NCBI GenBank assembly: GCA_902826215.1
Contig: CADEDY010000016.1
Coordinates: 3,109 to 67,108 of the forward strand
DNA: 64,000 nt
Source: an uncultured Bacteroidota bacterium
GTDB taxonomy: Bacteria > Bacteroidota > Bacteroidia > Flavobacteriales_F > PHOS-HE28
Direction of reading: 5' to 3'
Of this stretch, positions 30,607 to 40,210 are shown piece by piece (position 1 is the stretch's first letter; every line of letters starts with the position of its first letter). The notes beneath the pieces were generated by a model. The model saw only the letters and a list, made by a program, of their open reading frames with translations, did no database searches and had not been told where the DNA came from. Both the position numbers and the translations under genes were made by a program.

Positions 30607-32853
30607 TTATTCGTGCTCGATGAGGAATGGATGGTACAACTGGTTGCCTTCAGTGTCCATGACCCGGAGGAGGTAGGCGCCCGAAGGAAGCCCTTGCAGA
30701 CCCACCAAGGCGCGGTGTCCTTGTATCGGCTCTTCGCGGACCATGCGCCCATCCAAGGTCAGGATCGACAGCCGCATCAGCAGTGTGGTCGAATGAACGT
30801 TCAATTGCTCTCGCGTCGGAACCGGGAAGACATGTAGTTGATCAGGGCTCTCCACTCCCACCCCGGTGCTGAACTCCGCGACTAGCACACTCGGCTCGGT
30901 GATCACCGGCGGGTTGAAGTCGAAGAAGATGTTGGCGATGTTCTCGATCAGCGTACCGGGTAGAATGGGTTGATGCGGCTTGATGCTGAAGTTCACGAAA
31001 CCGTGGCTGCGTGGCTCGTTGGCGTTGATGTCCGGAAGCAGGATATTGGCGAACATGAACCGCAACACGTTGTCGCGCATCAGCATGGTCATGGGGTGCG
31101 ATGCCGCGCCGAGCTGGAAGGTGGCCGGGTCCAAGGTGGACTGGAGCGTATCGGTGATCACCACCGAAAAGGCCGTATCCGTACCGGTGTTCTGGAAGCG
31201 GATGGTGTACTCCAAGCGATCATCGACGTCTATCAGGTAGAGACCCTCGGCCCCACTTTCCGTGCGCACTGTCTTATCATTCGGATCATAGGAGCCGGTC
31301 ACTATCACGGTATGCGCCACCGTGTTGTTGGAGAGTTCAGTTTCGGCACCCGCAACACTTACCGTCGCCGAACCCGATAGAACTTGGCCGAGCAAGGAGA
31401 TATCCGGTGGCACTTGGAATTGCGCGTAGAAGTCACGGTCTGCAAAGGCCCCCATGCTGCTCAAGTTCCACGTGATCACATTGCCGCTGACGTTCGTGGG
31501 GGTGGTCCCGATGTTGAGATACACCAGCGCTGGATCGAAGGTGAAAGTGACCGTACCAGCACCACTGAGCACACCGGTCAGGTTGTCCACATCGATGCCA
31601 TAGCCGATCTCGAAACCAGGCCGAGCTGCACCACTTTCCATGCTGATCCGAACATCAAGCCCGGTGAGGCTCGTGTCGGCCAAATTCCGTGTCACGTTCG
31701 TTTGCCCGGTGGAAACGGTGAATGCCGTGCCTTCAACGCCGCAGTGCTCTTGGAACAGGGCATTCTGGTCCGCCACGGTGTACGACCCGTATGGGAGGTT
31801 CATGGTGTACTGGCCGCTGGAATTGGTAATGGCGAAATGGTCGCCGGGTTGCACCTCCACCACCGTATTCGGCAGGTTCGCATCGGTGCTGCCATAGCTG
31901 CAGTTCTCGTTCGCGTCCACGAAGACCTTACCGCTCAACGTTCCACATGGATAGCCCAGATCGGGCACCTCGATCACGAGGGTATCGCGGCACAGGTCAT
32001 CGATGCCCGTGTAAACGTTATCCAATAGACCTTGCAAGCCTTCCCAGTAGATCGTCTGTACCACGTGATAGGTCCCGTTAGGCAATCCTGAGGCTTCGAG
32101 CGTCATGTTCGACAATCCTGTGGCGCTGCTCCCACTGGGCGAGGTCCATCCGAATTCCGAACCAGCGTCATTGAAGATCTTCATGGTGGAGGCCCAGCCG
32201 TTCGGTTCGGCCGGGATGAAAAGAGTGAACGCTCCATTGCTACCGCCACTACATGCACCGTTAACATCCAGTACTTGGGGCACCAACCATTGTGGGTTCG
32301 GCGGTGCTACACCCTGGGCCAAGGTCTGGCAGCCATTGGCATCGGTAATGGTGAAATTGAATGCCTGGCCCGGCTGGTAGGGATCGGCACCCACATAGAT
32401 GAACTGCATGCCTTGGTCTTGTACGGTGTTCATTGCACCCCACTCCGTCGAAGTGAACGGCGCCATACCCACTGCGGAAGGCCAACCGCTGAGAAGCAGA
32501 CGCCTGCCCGGCTCGCCGGATTCTCCCCCATCCGGGCAACCCGGAAGCCATAGGATGTCCGGTCCATACAAGGGTTGGGAAGTAAGGGTGATCTGATCGG
32601 TGGCTTGCGCACCCATGAAGTCGGTCACCGTGACCGAATACGTCCCGGGCAGGAGTTGCTGGATCTGGGGTTCAGTGGATCCCGTGCTCCACAGATAGGT
32701 ATATGGACCAACGCCGCCGGCGGCGTTAGCGCTGAGGGCTCCGTAGGCGTATACACAAAGCGGAAACTCCTGGACCACGATGTCCACGGTCACTGCGTGC
32801 GCTAATGTGCCAAATCCACACAGCGGCAGGACAAGGAATAACACACTTTTCAT
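30607..32853 (-). CDS. T9SS type-A sorting-domain protein with N-terminal SprB repeat (array paralog 10, promoter-proximal)
   Basis: Same architecture, 748 aa. First gene of the array relative to the divergent intergenic region 32854-33014. Confidence 0.85.
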   Translation of the reverse strand: MKSVLFLVLPLCGFGTLAHAVTVDIVVQEFPLCVYAYGALSANAAGGVGPYTYLWSTGSTEPQIQQLLPGTYSVTVTDFMGAQATDQITLTSQPLYGPDILWLPGCPDGGESGEPGRRLLLSGWPSAVGMAPFTSTEWGAMNTVQDQGMQFIYVGADPYQPGQAFNFTITDANGCQTLAQGVAPPNPQWLVPQVLDVNGACSGGSNGAFTLFIPAEPNGWASTMKIFNDAGSEFGWTSPSGSSATGLSNMTLEASGLPNGTYHVVQTIYWEGLQGLLDNVYTGIDDLCRDTLVIEVPDLGYPCGTLSGKVFVDANENCSYGSTDANLPNTVVEVQPGDHFAITNSSGQYTMNLPYGSYTVADQNALFQEHCGVEGTAFTVSTGQTNVTRNLADTSLTGLDVRISMESGAARPGFEIGYGIDVDNLTGVLSGAGTVTFTFDPALVYLNIGTTPTNVSGNVITWNLSSMGAFADRDFYAQFQVPPDISLLGQVLSGSATVSVAGAETELSNNTVAHTVIVTGSYDPNDKTVRTESGAEGLYLIDVDDRLEYTIRFQNTGTDTAFSVVITDTLQSTLDPATFQLGAASHPMTMLMRDNVLRFMFANILLPDINANEPRSHGFVNFSIKPHQPILPGTLIENIANIFFDFNPPVITEPSVLVAEFSTGVGVESPDQLHVFPVPTREQLNVHSTTLLMRLSILTLDGRMVREEPIQGHRALVGLQGLPSGAYLLRVMDTEGNQLYHPFLIEHE

Positions 32854-33014
32854 GGAAAGGCGGTTAGGTGACGTCTTGACGAACAGACGAGTAGACCGAA
32901 AAGGGATGCCTGAAACTAACTGAATATCCGCGAACTACCGGTTGTTCACGACCCGTTACCTTTGCGGCGGCTTGCTCCGGGTCATCACCCATTTTCGCGT
33001 GAGTACATGGCCAC
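32854..33014. promoter_or_regulatory. Divergent intergenic region, candidate promoter for the 10-gene array (minus strand) and for mtaB (plus strand)
   Basis: This is the only sizeable non-coding gap bordering the array. A TAGTTTCA element (partial match to the Bacteroidota -7 TAnnTTTG motif) lies on the minus strand about 57 nt upstream of the paralog 10 ATG. I verified no -33 element. Confidence 0.3.
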
Positions 33015-34355
33015 ATGAGGCATTCAAACACCGTCGCCTTCCACACCTTGGGCTGCAAGCTCAACTTCAGCGAGACCAGCACCCTGGCCCGTTCGCTGGA
33101 GGATGCCGGCTATGCGCGTGTGAAGGTGGAGGAACGTCCGGATGTGTTCGTATTGAACACCTGCAGTGTTACGGAGAATGCCGACAAGGAATGCCGCCGC
33201 CACGTGCGCCGTTTCCAAGGCATCAACCCGGAAGCGTTCATCGCTGTGGTGGGTTGCTATGCACAATTGAAGCCCGAGGAGATCGCCGCGATACCCGGTG
33301 TGGACATGGTGCTTGGCGCGAATGAGAAGTTCGACTTGGCCGCATTTCTTGACCGTCATGCCAGGGCCGACACGGCATCTCGTCAAGGTCATGCGCACTA
33401 TTCCCCCATCAAGGACCTCAAGCACTTCGTCCCAAGTTACAACGCGAACGACCGCACCCGCACCTTCCTGAAAGTGCAGGATGGGTGCGACTACTTCTGC
33501 TCCTTCTGCACCATTCCCTTGGCCCGTGGGCGCAGCCGCAGCGGCACCATCGCCGAGACCGTGGAGCAGGCCGAAATGATCGCCCGGTCGGGCGTGAAGG
33601 AGATCGTGCTCACGGGTGTGAACACCGGCGATTTCGGTCGGCAGCATGATCAGAATTTCCTTCAATTGATCGAAGCGCTCGACGAGGTCGAAGGCATCGA
33701 ACGGTTCAGGATCAGCAGCATCGAACCTAACCTGTGCCACGACGGTGTGATCGACTTCGTGGCAAGCAGCAAGCGCTTCGCGCCGCACTTCCACATGCCC
33801 TTGCAAAGCGGAAGCGATGTGATACTGGAACGCATGCGTCGTCGGTATGATACAGCGTTGTATCGCGAACGCGTGCTGCGCATCAAGGAGCGCATGCCAC
33901 ATGCGTGCATCGGTGTGGATGTGATCACCGGAACGCCGGGTGAGACCGAGGAAGAGTTCGTGAATACTCATGAGTTCTTACGGAGCATACCAGTCGACTA
34001 CCTGCACGTATTCACATACAGCGAGCGCGCCAACACCACGGCCGTGCGCATGGACGAAAGCGTACCCATGGAGACGCGCCGCGAACGAACAAAGCAGCTT
34101 CGCATACTCAGCAACAAGTTGCAGCGAGCGTTCTATGAGCGCCACATCGGATCATCGCGTCTCGTTCTTGTGGAAGCAGAAGAGCAAGAAGGACAAGTGC
34201 ACGGCTACACCGACAACTACATCCGCGTGGCCCTTCTTTTCGACCCGTCGATCATCAATAAGGTAATCCCCATGGAACTCGGCCGGATCAACGGAGACGG
34301 TCATGTTCAAGCCACCATTCCGGCATTCCAATTAGCTAATTGCGCCATCAGCTAA
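33015..34355 (+). CDS. mtaB: Radical-SAM tRNA methylthiotransferase, MtaB-like (MiaB/RimO family)
   Basis: N-terminal MTTase motif VAFHTLGCKLNFSE. Radical-SAM CDYFCSFC cluster. 446 aa. Confidence 0.8.
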   Translation: MRHSNTVAFHTLGCKLNFSETSTLARSLEDAGYARVKVEERPDVFVLNTCSVTENADKECRRHVRRFQGINPEAFIAVVGCYAQLKPEEIAAIPGVDMVLGANEKFDLAAFLDRHARADTASRQGHAHYSPIKDLKHFVPSYNANDRTRTFLKVQDGCDYFCSFCTIPLARGRSRSGTIAETVEQAEMIARSGVKEIVLTGVNTGDFGRQHDQNFLQLIEALDEVEGIERFRISSIEPNLCHDGVIDFVASSKRFAPHFHMPLQSGSDVILERMRRRYDTALYRERVLRIKERMPHACIGVDVITGTPGETEEEFVNTHEFLRSIPVDYLHVFTYSERANTTAVRMDESVPMETRRERTKQLRILSNKLQRAFYERHIGSSRLVLVEAEEQEGQVHGYTDNYIRVALLFDPSIINKVIPMELGRINGDGHVQATIPAFQLANCAIS

Positions 34356-34369
34356 TTTGCTAATTCATT

Positions 34370-35542
34370 ATGTACCCTACCCTTTACCACGCCCTGCTCG
34401 ACCTCACCGGCATTGACCTTCCCGGGCTGCGGTTCTTGAACAGCTTCGGCTTCTTCGTGGCCCTCGCCTTCCTCTTCGCGAGTTGGACCTTGGGGCTGGA
34501 ATTGCGTCGTAAGGAAGGGCTCGGCCTGCTGCAACCCGTCATGCGGAAGGTCACCATCGGCCTACCCGCATCACCTTGGGAATTGATCAGCACCGGCTTG
34601 ATCGGCTTTCTGATCGGGTGGAAGGGCATTCACCTGCTCTTGCATTTCGAGGCTTCCACCGCCGATCCGCAAGGCTTCCTCTTGAGCGGACAAGGAAATT
34701 TCATTGGCGGTCTCGCGGTGGGCGCTCTGCTTGCTTCGAACAAATGGCGCGAGAAACAGAAGGCCAGGCTGGCTGAACCGAAGACCGAAGAAGTTCGGAT
34801 GCAAGCGCACGAACACGGTGGCAACATCACCATGGTGGCCGCGCTGTGGGGCCTCATCGGCGCCAAGCTCTTCCATTGGTTGGAGAACCCCGATGAGTTC
34901 GTCGCCTTCATCAAGAACCCCGGTGGCGATGGCGTCTTCAGTGGTCTTACGATGTACGGTGGCTTGATCCTCGCGGGCTTCATGGTGATCCGGTACTTCA
35001 AGAAGAACGGCATTCCCGCTTGGCATGGCATGGATGCAGCAGCACCCGGAGTGATGCTCGCCTACGGCATTGGTCGCATAGGCTGCCAAGTGAGCGGCGA
35101 CGGGGATTGGGGCATCGTGAACAACACACCAGCGCCGAGTTGGATCCCCAACTGGCTGTGGTCCTATTCCTACCCGAACAACGTGAACGGTGTAGGTGTT
35201 CCGTTCACCGGCGAACCCTGCTTCCCCGGCTATTGCACGGTACTTCCGGAACCCGTTTACCCCACCCCGATCTACGAGACCCTCATGTGCGTGGGCTTGT
35301 TCTTCGTGCTCTGGGCATTGCGAAAACACGTCACTACGGGTGGCATCGTTTTCTTCGCCTTTCTGCTCTTCAATGGCATCGAACGCTTCTTCATCGAGAA
35401 GATCCGTGTGAACGTTCCCTTCGCTGGAACGTGGACGCAAGCCGAGGTGATCTCCTTGATCCTGATACTCGTGGGCATCGCCGGCATCGTCTGGCTACGC
35501 TCCAAAAAGACCCCTGACCATGGACCTCAAGAAACTGACTGA
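34370..35542 (+). CDS. lgt: Prolipoprotein diacylglyceryl transferase (long Bacteroidota form)
   Basis: Polytopic membrane protein with the Lgt signature region YGIGRIGCQVSGDGDWG and a conserved N-terminal region. 390 aa. Confidence 0.8.
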   Translation: MYPTLYHALLDLTGIDLPGLRFLNSFGFFVALAFLFASWTLGLELRRKEGLGLLQPVMRKVTIGLPASPWELISTGLIGFLIGWKGIHLLLHFEASTADPQGFLLSGQGNFIGGLAVGALLASNKWREKQKARLAEPKTEEVRMQAHEHGGNITMVAALWGLIGAKLFHWLENPDEFVAFIKNPGGDGVFSGLTMYGGLILAGFMVIRYFKKNGIPAWHGMDAAAPGVMLAYGIGRIGCQVSGDGDWGIVNNTPAPSWIPNWLWSYSYPNNVNGVGVPFTGEPCFPGYCTVLPEPVYPTPIYETLMCVGLFFVLWALRKHVTTGGIVFFAFLLFNGIERFFIEKIRVNVPFAGTWTQAEVISLILILVGIAGIVWLRSKKTPDHGPQETD

Positions 35543-36317
35543 ACAGGTCGAAGCATTGTGCATCGAGATCGCTGCCTTCATCCGTGAAGAAGCGCCGAAG
35601 CTCACCGAGGCGGGCGTTTCCAGCAAGAGCGCGAATAACCTGGTGACGCACGTGGACCACACCGCCGAGGACCGCTTGGTGGAAGCACTGGAGAAGATCC
35701 TGCCGGAAGCAGGCTTCATCGCCGAAGAAGGCAGTGGTGAGCGTGGCGAAGGGCTCAACTGGATCATCGATCCGCTGGATGGCACCACCAACTTCGTTCA
35801 CGGCGTGCCTTGCTACTGCATCAGCATCGCCTTGGTGGATGGCACCGAGCCCCTGCTTGGTGTGGTGCACGAGGTCACCCGTGACGAACGCTTCACTGCA
35901 TGGAAGGATGGCGGCGCTTTCATGAACGGCAAACCGATCCGGGTATCGCCGCGCAAGGAACTGGTGGATAGTCTCCTTGCAACAGGCTTCCCCTATGACG
36001 ACTTCGGCTACGAGGCCGAGTACATGGATCTGCTCCGCGAACTCATGCACCGCACACGCGGCATCCGTCGTTTGGGCAGTGCCGCTGCGGACTTGGCCTA
36101 TGTGGCTTGCGGACGCTTCGAGGCGTTCTACGAGTACGGATTGAACAGCTGGGATGTAGCAGCAGGTGTGCTGCTCGTGCGCGAGGCCGGTGGCAAGGTC
36201 AGCGGATTCGCGCCCAGCAAGGACCCGGTGTTCGACGAGGAGATCGTGGCCACCAACAGCGCTGTCCACGACGAGTTACTGGAAGCGATCGAGCGCAACT
36301 GGCAAAGGCAGGACTGA
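35520..36317 (+). CDS. Inositol monophosphatase family protein (SuhB-like)
   Basis: IMPase motifs WIIDPLDGTTNF and WDVAAG. 265 aa. Overlaps the lgt end by 23 nt. Confidence 0.85.
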   Translation: MDLKKLTEQVEALCIEIAAFIREEAPKLTEAGVSSKSANNLVTHVDHTAEDRLVEALEKILPEAGFIAEEGSGERGEGLNWIIDPLDGTTNFVHGVPCYCISIALVDGTEPLLGVVHEVTRDERFTAWKDGGAFMNGKPIRVSPRKELVDSLLATGFPYDDFGYEAEYMDLLRELMHRTRGIRRLGSAAADLAYVACGRFEAFYEYGLNSWDVAAGVLLVREAGGKVSGFAPSKDPVFDEEIVATNSAVHDELLEAIERNWQRQD

Positions 36318-36429
36318 ACCTGGCCTCAAAGGTTCTTAGCCCCAACCTGTGGAAGGAACCCTACCCTGCGGCAGAACGTAGAACGCGACGCATCGCACCT
36401 TTACAGCGATCGTCTCCTCGACCCGTTCG

Positions 36430-37545
36430 ATGAACCAGGAACTCATTCGCCCGCTTACCGCTCTGCGGTTCTATGCGGCCTTCATCGTCTTTTCGCTGCA
36501 CGCCAGCATGCTGCCGGGTCTGGAATGGTTGGGGCATGAACATGCTGAGCTGCAAGGCCGCATCGGTGTCTCGGTCTTCTTCGTACTCAGTGGCTTCATC
36601 ATGACCTACGTCTACTACGGCGAGGATCGGTATGACCCGACACGCGCCAATGCCGGTCGGTTCATGATCGCGCGCATCACCCGGATCTTCCCGCTGCACC
36701 TGATCACCATGATCATCTGCTTGCCGCTTGGTTTGAACAGCAGCACCTCGCCCATCCAAGTGGAGAACCTACCGATCCACATCGCCTTGTTGCAGGAGTG
36801 GAATCCCTTCGGCCCCGGCCCTGGTCCCGGCCCAAACAAAGTGTCGTGGACGTTGAGCTGCGAGATGCTCTTCTACGTGTGCACCCCCCTGCTCTTTGCC
36901 TTGATGCTGAGGGCGAGGAAGAACAAAGGGTTGGTGCTTGGTGCGATCGTACTTGTTCTAGTCGTGATCACGTCGGTCTACTGGGCCCCTTGGGGCGATC
37001 CATCGTCCGTTGTGCATGTGGAACGAGCACCGTTCCGGTTAGCGGATTATGTGCTCGGGATCATGGTCTTCCTATTCTTCCAGCGCTTCAAGAGCTTTGA
37101 CAAGGCGTGGATGCAGGCCCTCTTGCCCTTGGGCATTCTGTGGTTCTGTGGCCTGATGGCCGTTGAGTACTACCGCAACGAATCGACCCCGGAGAGCACG
37201 TGGCTTCTACCGGGCTGCGTGCTGGTGGTGCTGGGCACAGCGTTCAAGAAGAACACCAAGAGTTGGTTCCTCTCCTCGGATCGAATGGTCTTTCTCGGTG
37301 AGGCGAGCTTCACCTTCTACATGATCCACGAATTCATGCTGCGTTACAGCAGGCAGATCCTGCTGAAGCTCGGCTTCGAGATCCACTGGTTGTTGTACAT
37401 CCCGTGGTTCATCCTCGTGTTCACGCTGATCCAGTTGGCGGCCAACCAAGTGCACCTGCGTTTCGAGGCGCCGGTTCACTACAAAGCCCGCAAGTGGCTT
37501 ACGAAAAGGTTCGGTTTGGAGAAGAAGAAGGCTTCCGTCGCTTGA
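36430..37545 (+). CDS. Acyltransferase family 3 (OafA-like) membrane protein
   Basis: About 10 TM helices and the acyltransferase_3 N-terminal motif FYAAFIVFSLHAS...SVFFVLSGF. Contains a GPGPGPGP tract. Confidence 0.75.
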   Translation: MNQELIRPLTALRFYAAFIVFSLHASMLPGLEWLGHEHAELQGRIGVSVFFVLSGFIMTYVYYGEDRYDPTRANAGRFMIARITRIFPLHLITMIICLPLGLNSSTSPIQVENLPIHIALLQEWNPFGPGPGPGPNKVSWTLSCEMLFYVCTPLLFALMLRARKNKGLVLGAIVLVLVVITSVYWAPWGDPSSVVHVERAPFRLADYVLGIMVFLFFQRFKSFDKAWMQALLPLGILWFCGLMAVEYYRNESTPESTWLLPGCVLVVLGTAFKKNTKSWFLSSDRMVFLGEASFTFYMIHEFMLRYSRQILLKLGFEIHWLLYIPWFILVFTLIQLAANQVHLRFEAPVHYKARKWLTKRFGLEKKKASVA

Positions 37546-37557
37546 TCCATTGCGTGT

Positions 37558-38505
37558 TCACAACCCATCCAGGGCCGTTTCGAAATCGGCCAACGTGGTA
37601 GGCTGGAAGGTCAAAGGAATGGTCATGTCCGGGGTGACGGTAACGGTGCTGAATGCCGACTGATAGTCCGTGCCGTTGCGCGAGAGCCCGACCACGATCA
37701 TCTGAAAACCGATAGGGACCACTTGGTAGGTAAGGTAAATATTGGGGTCCTGCCAACCGGAGCCCATGACCGCATTCTCCGATGGGAAAGCGAACCAGAT
37801 CATGGTGCTATCCCTCGGCATATCCAAGGGAGTAGTTGCACGACAAATCGATGTATTCGAGAAACCAGCGAAATAGTCGCAATTGATCCATTGGAAAGAT
37901 GGAGCTGTGAACTGGTAGTAGAATGGCGTTGGCCCGGGCTCTCCGGTCCAACCAGTTCCCGTGGTATCCACGGCGATCGAATCCGCTAAGCTCCAGATCA
38001 TGTTCTGTTCGGTCATTCCGTTGGACAAGAAGACCTGCATGTTCGGGTCGGGTTGCGCAGTTGGCACGTTCACCCGCATGCCCTGTGGGCCCAATTCGAG
38101 TTGCTCCTGACCTTGGGTGGCGGTCACGCGGATCTCTCCACCACTCCGTAACAGGCGAAGTATACCGTTGTCGTTGCCCACGGTCTGCTTATTGAAACGG
38201 ATCATATCGCCGATCGCCAAGGCTTCCACGAGCTTCACTTGCACAGGCCCGGAGACCACTTGCCCGGCACTGTTGCGAAATGCTCCCGGACCGAACAGCA
38301 CTTGCACGCCATCCTCGCCGGTTATCACTCCACCGGTCGTGGCGTTCACGGTGAAGGTCTGCGCGGCGTTCTCCACACGCTGCTCGAAGAGTGCGTTCAG
38401 ATCCCCGCCCTGTGCACCGGGACCGATACCCGTGCCTTTGTGGCAACCCGATAACATCAGGAGTGAGCAAGCAGCTGCTGCCAAGGTCGATGTAGTGCGC
38501 ATCAT
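37558..38505 (-). CDS. Hypothetical lipoprotein (start trimmed to MMRTTSTLAAAACSLLMLSGC; the ORF track extends to 38625)
   Basis: Signal peptide plus lipobox LSGC. Beta-rich secreted protein. No recognised family. Confidence 0.55.
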   Translation of the reverse strand: MMRTTSTLAAAACSLLMLSGCHKGTGIGPGAQGGDLNALFEQRVENAAQTFTVNATTGGVITGEDGVQVLFGPGAFRNSAGQVVSGPVQVKLVEALAIGDMIRFNKQTVGNDNGILRLLRSGGEIRVTATQGQEQLELGPQGMRVNVPTAQPDPNMQVFLSNGMTEQNMIWSLADSIAVDTTGTGWTGEPGPTPFYYQFTAPSFQWINCDYFAGFSNTSICRATTPLDMPRDSTMIWFAFPSENAVMGSGWQDPNIYLTYQVVPIGFQMIVVGLSRNGTDYQSAFSTVTVTPDMTIPLTFQPTTLADFETALDGL

Positions 38506-38603
38506 GATAATTGGTTTCAGGTCAAGTGAAAGGTCTCCGAACACATACACGTAAAGAACGTGAAGAAGGTTGGGTACCTTCCCTATGACGACAATAACGC
38601 GCT

Positions 38604-40061
38604 TTACGCTGCCTGCGTATGCCACCGACCGATCAACGCCAAGCCGAGCATGGTGATCGCCCCGTTCACCAGCAGCAGTTCGAAGCCGAACGTGTAACCG
38701 CCAAAGAGTTCCACGGAGTACAGATCAAGCACGAAGGTCACGACCGGTGAAAGCACAGCGACCAGCGGCACCCAGCGATCATTCACAGCCATGCGTGTGA
38801 GCATGCCGAAAGCAAAGAGCCCTAACAAAGGCCCGTAGGTAAAACCGGCTACTTTGAACACGGTCTTGATCACACTGTCGTCGTTGAACAAGCGGAACAA
38901 GAGGATCAGCACCACCATGGCCGCACTGATGATGAGATGGACGCGCAACCGCAACGGCACTCGCTCCGCCTCCGGTCGCTTCTCGATCTCCAACACATCA
39001 ACGCACACGCTGGTGGTGAGTGCAGTGAGGGCGCTATCCGCACTGGAATACGCCGCTGCGATGAGCCCAAGGATGAAGAGCAGACCCACGATCACCGGTA
39101 GACTTCCGTCGGTAGCCAGCATCGGATAGAGCTGATCGGGCTTTGCTGGTAATGCGACACCAGCTTGTTCCACGTAGGTGTACAGCAAGGCCCCCAGCGC
39201 GAGAAAAGCCATATTGACCAAGACGAGCACCAAGCTGAACGAGACCATGTTCTTCTGCGCCTCACGGATGTTGCGGCAGCTGAGGTTCTTCTGCATCATG
39301 TCCTGATCCAGGCCCGTCATGGCGATAGCGATGAACATGCCACCGAGGAACTGCTTCCAGAAATACGTGCCGGGTTTCGGATCATCGAAGAAGAACACGC
39401 GCGAAAGCGGACTTTCCCGCAGCTGTGCGAACACCTCGCCGAGGCTCCAGCCCATCTTCTGGCCGAGCAGGACCACTGTCAGGCCCACGGCCAACAGCAT
39501 GAACAAGGTCTGCAACGTGTCCGTCCAGATGATGGTGCGGATGCCGCCCTTGTGCGTGTAGAGCCAGATGAGGGCGATGGTGATGACCACCGTGACCACG
39601 AACGGCACACCCATTCGTTCGAAGATGAGGAACTGCAACACCTCCGCCACGAGGTAGAGCCGGGCAGCGCTGCCCAAGCTTCGACTGAGCAGAAAGAACC
39701 ACGCACCGGTGAGGTAGCTGTTGCGACCGAAACGTTCGCCCAAGTAACCATAGATCGACGTGAGCTGCAGCCGGTAATACAAAGGCAACAGCACGAAAGC
39801 GATCACCGCGTAGCCCGGCAGGTAGCCCAGCACCATCTGCAGGTAGCTGAACTGGTCCGCCCCTACCATGCCCGGCACGCTGATGAATGTGACCCCGCTC
39901 AAGGATGATCCGATCATGCCGAAGGCGACGATGTACCATGGCGACTGTCGCTCGCCAACGAAGAATGCATCGTTCCCAGCTCCACGAGAAGTGACTACCG
40001 AGATGCCGTAGAGAAGCGCGAAATACGCGGTGATCGATGTGAGGATGAGGGCCGGGTGCAT
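38604..40061 (-). CDS. Sodium:solute symporter family (SSF) transporter (start trimmed to ATG 40061)
   Basis: About 13 TM helices and SSF-typical segments. 485 aa after trimming. Confidence 0.7.
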   Translation of the reverse strand: MHPALILTSITAYFALLYGISVVTSRGAGNDAFFVGERQSPWYIVAFGMIGSSLSGVTFISVPGMVGADQFSYLQMVLGYLPGYAVIAFVLLPLYYRLQLTSIYGYLGERFGRNSYLTGAWFFLLSRSLGSAARLYLVAEVLQFLIFERMGVPFVVTVVITIALIWLYTHKGGIRTIIWTDTLQTLFMLLAVGLTVVLLGQKMGWSLGEVFAQLRESPLSRVFFFDDPKPGTYFWKQFLGGMFIAIAMTGLDQDMMQKNLSCRNIREAQKNMVSFSLVLVLVNMAFLALGALLYTYVEQAGVALPAKPDQLYPMLATDGSLPVIVGLLFILGLIAAAYSSADSALTALTTSVCVDVLEIEKRPEAERVPLRLRVHLIISAAMVVLILLFRLFNDDSVIKTVFKVAGFTYGPLLGLFAFGMLTRMAVNDRWVPLVAVLSPVVTFVLDLYSVELFGGYTFGFELLLVNGAITMLGLALIGRWHTQAA

Positions 40062-40210
40062 GGCGACAGATGGCGCAAGTTGGGCATGGCATGGGGTTCG
40101 GTCAGCAACTCGCACATCGAGTTGTCAACGGCTGATGGAGCATTCACACACGAACTTCCGAACCAGGCCTTCCGACGAGGATCCATTAGTTTCACCCCAA
40201 CAACCAACGC

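Noticed and set aside
10450-32853. Mobile genetic element or prophage explanation for the array, and likewise for the low-GC islet at 58000-61350
   Set aside because: I found no transposase, integrase, recombinase, tRNA or attachment-site-like terminal repeats at either boundary. The array is better explained by tandem duplication. The islet remains compositionally foreign but has no identifiable mobility genes.
33024-36269. Antisense ORFs opposite mtaB, lgt and the IMPase gene (33024-33971 -, 34571-35440 -, 35391-36269 -)
   Set aside because: Each is fully contained in a plus-strand gene with strong family motifs. They are typical GC-rich antisense open frames.
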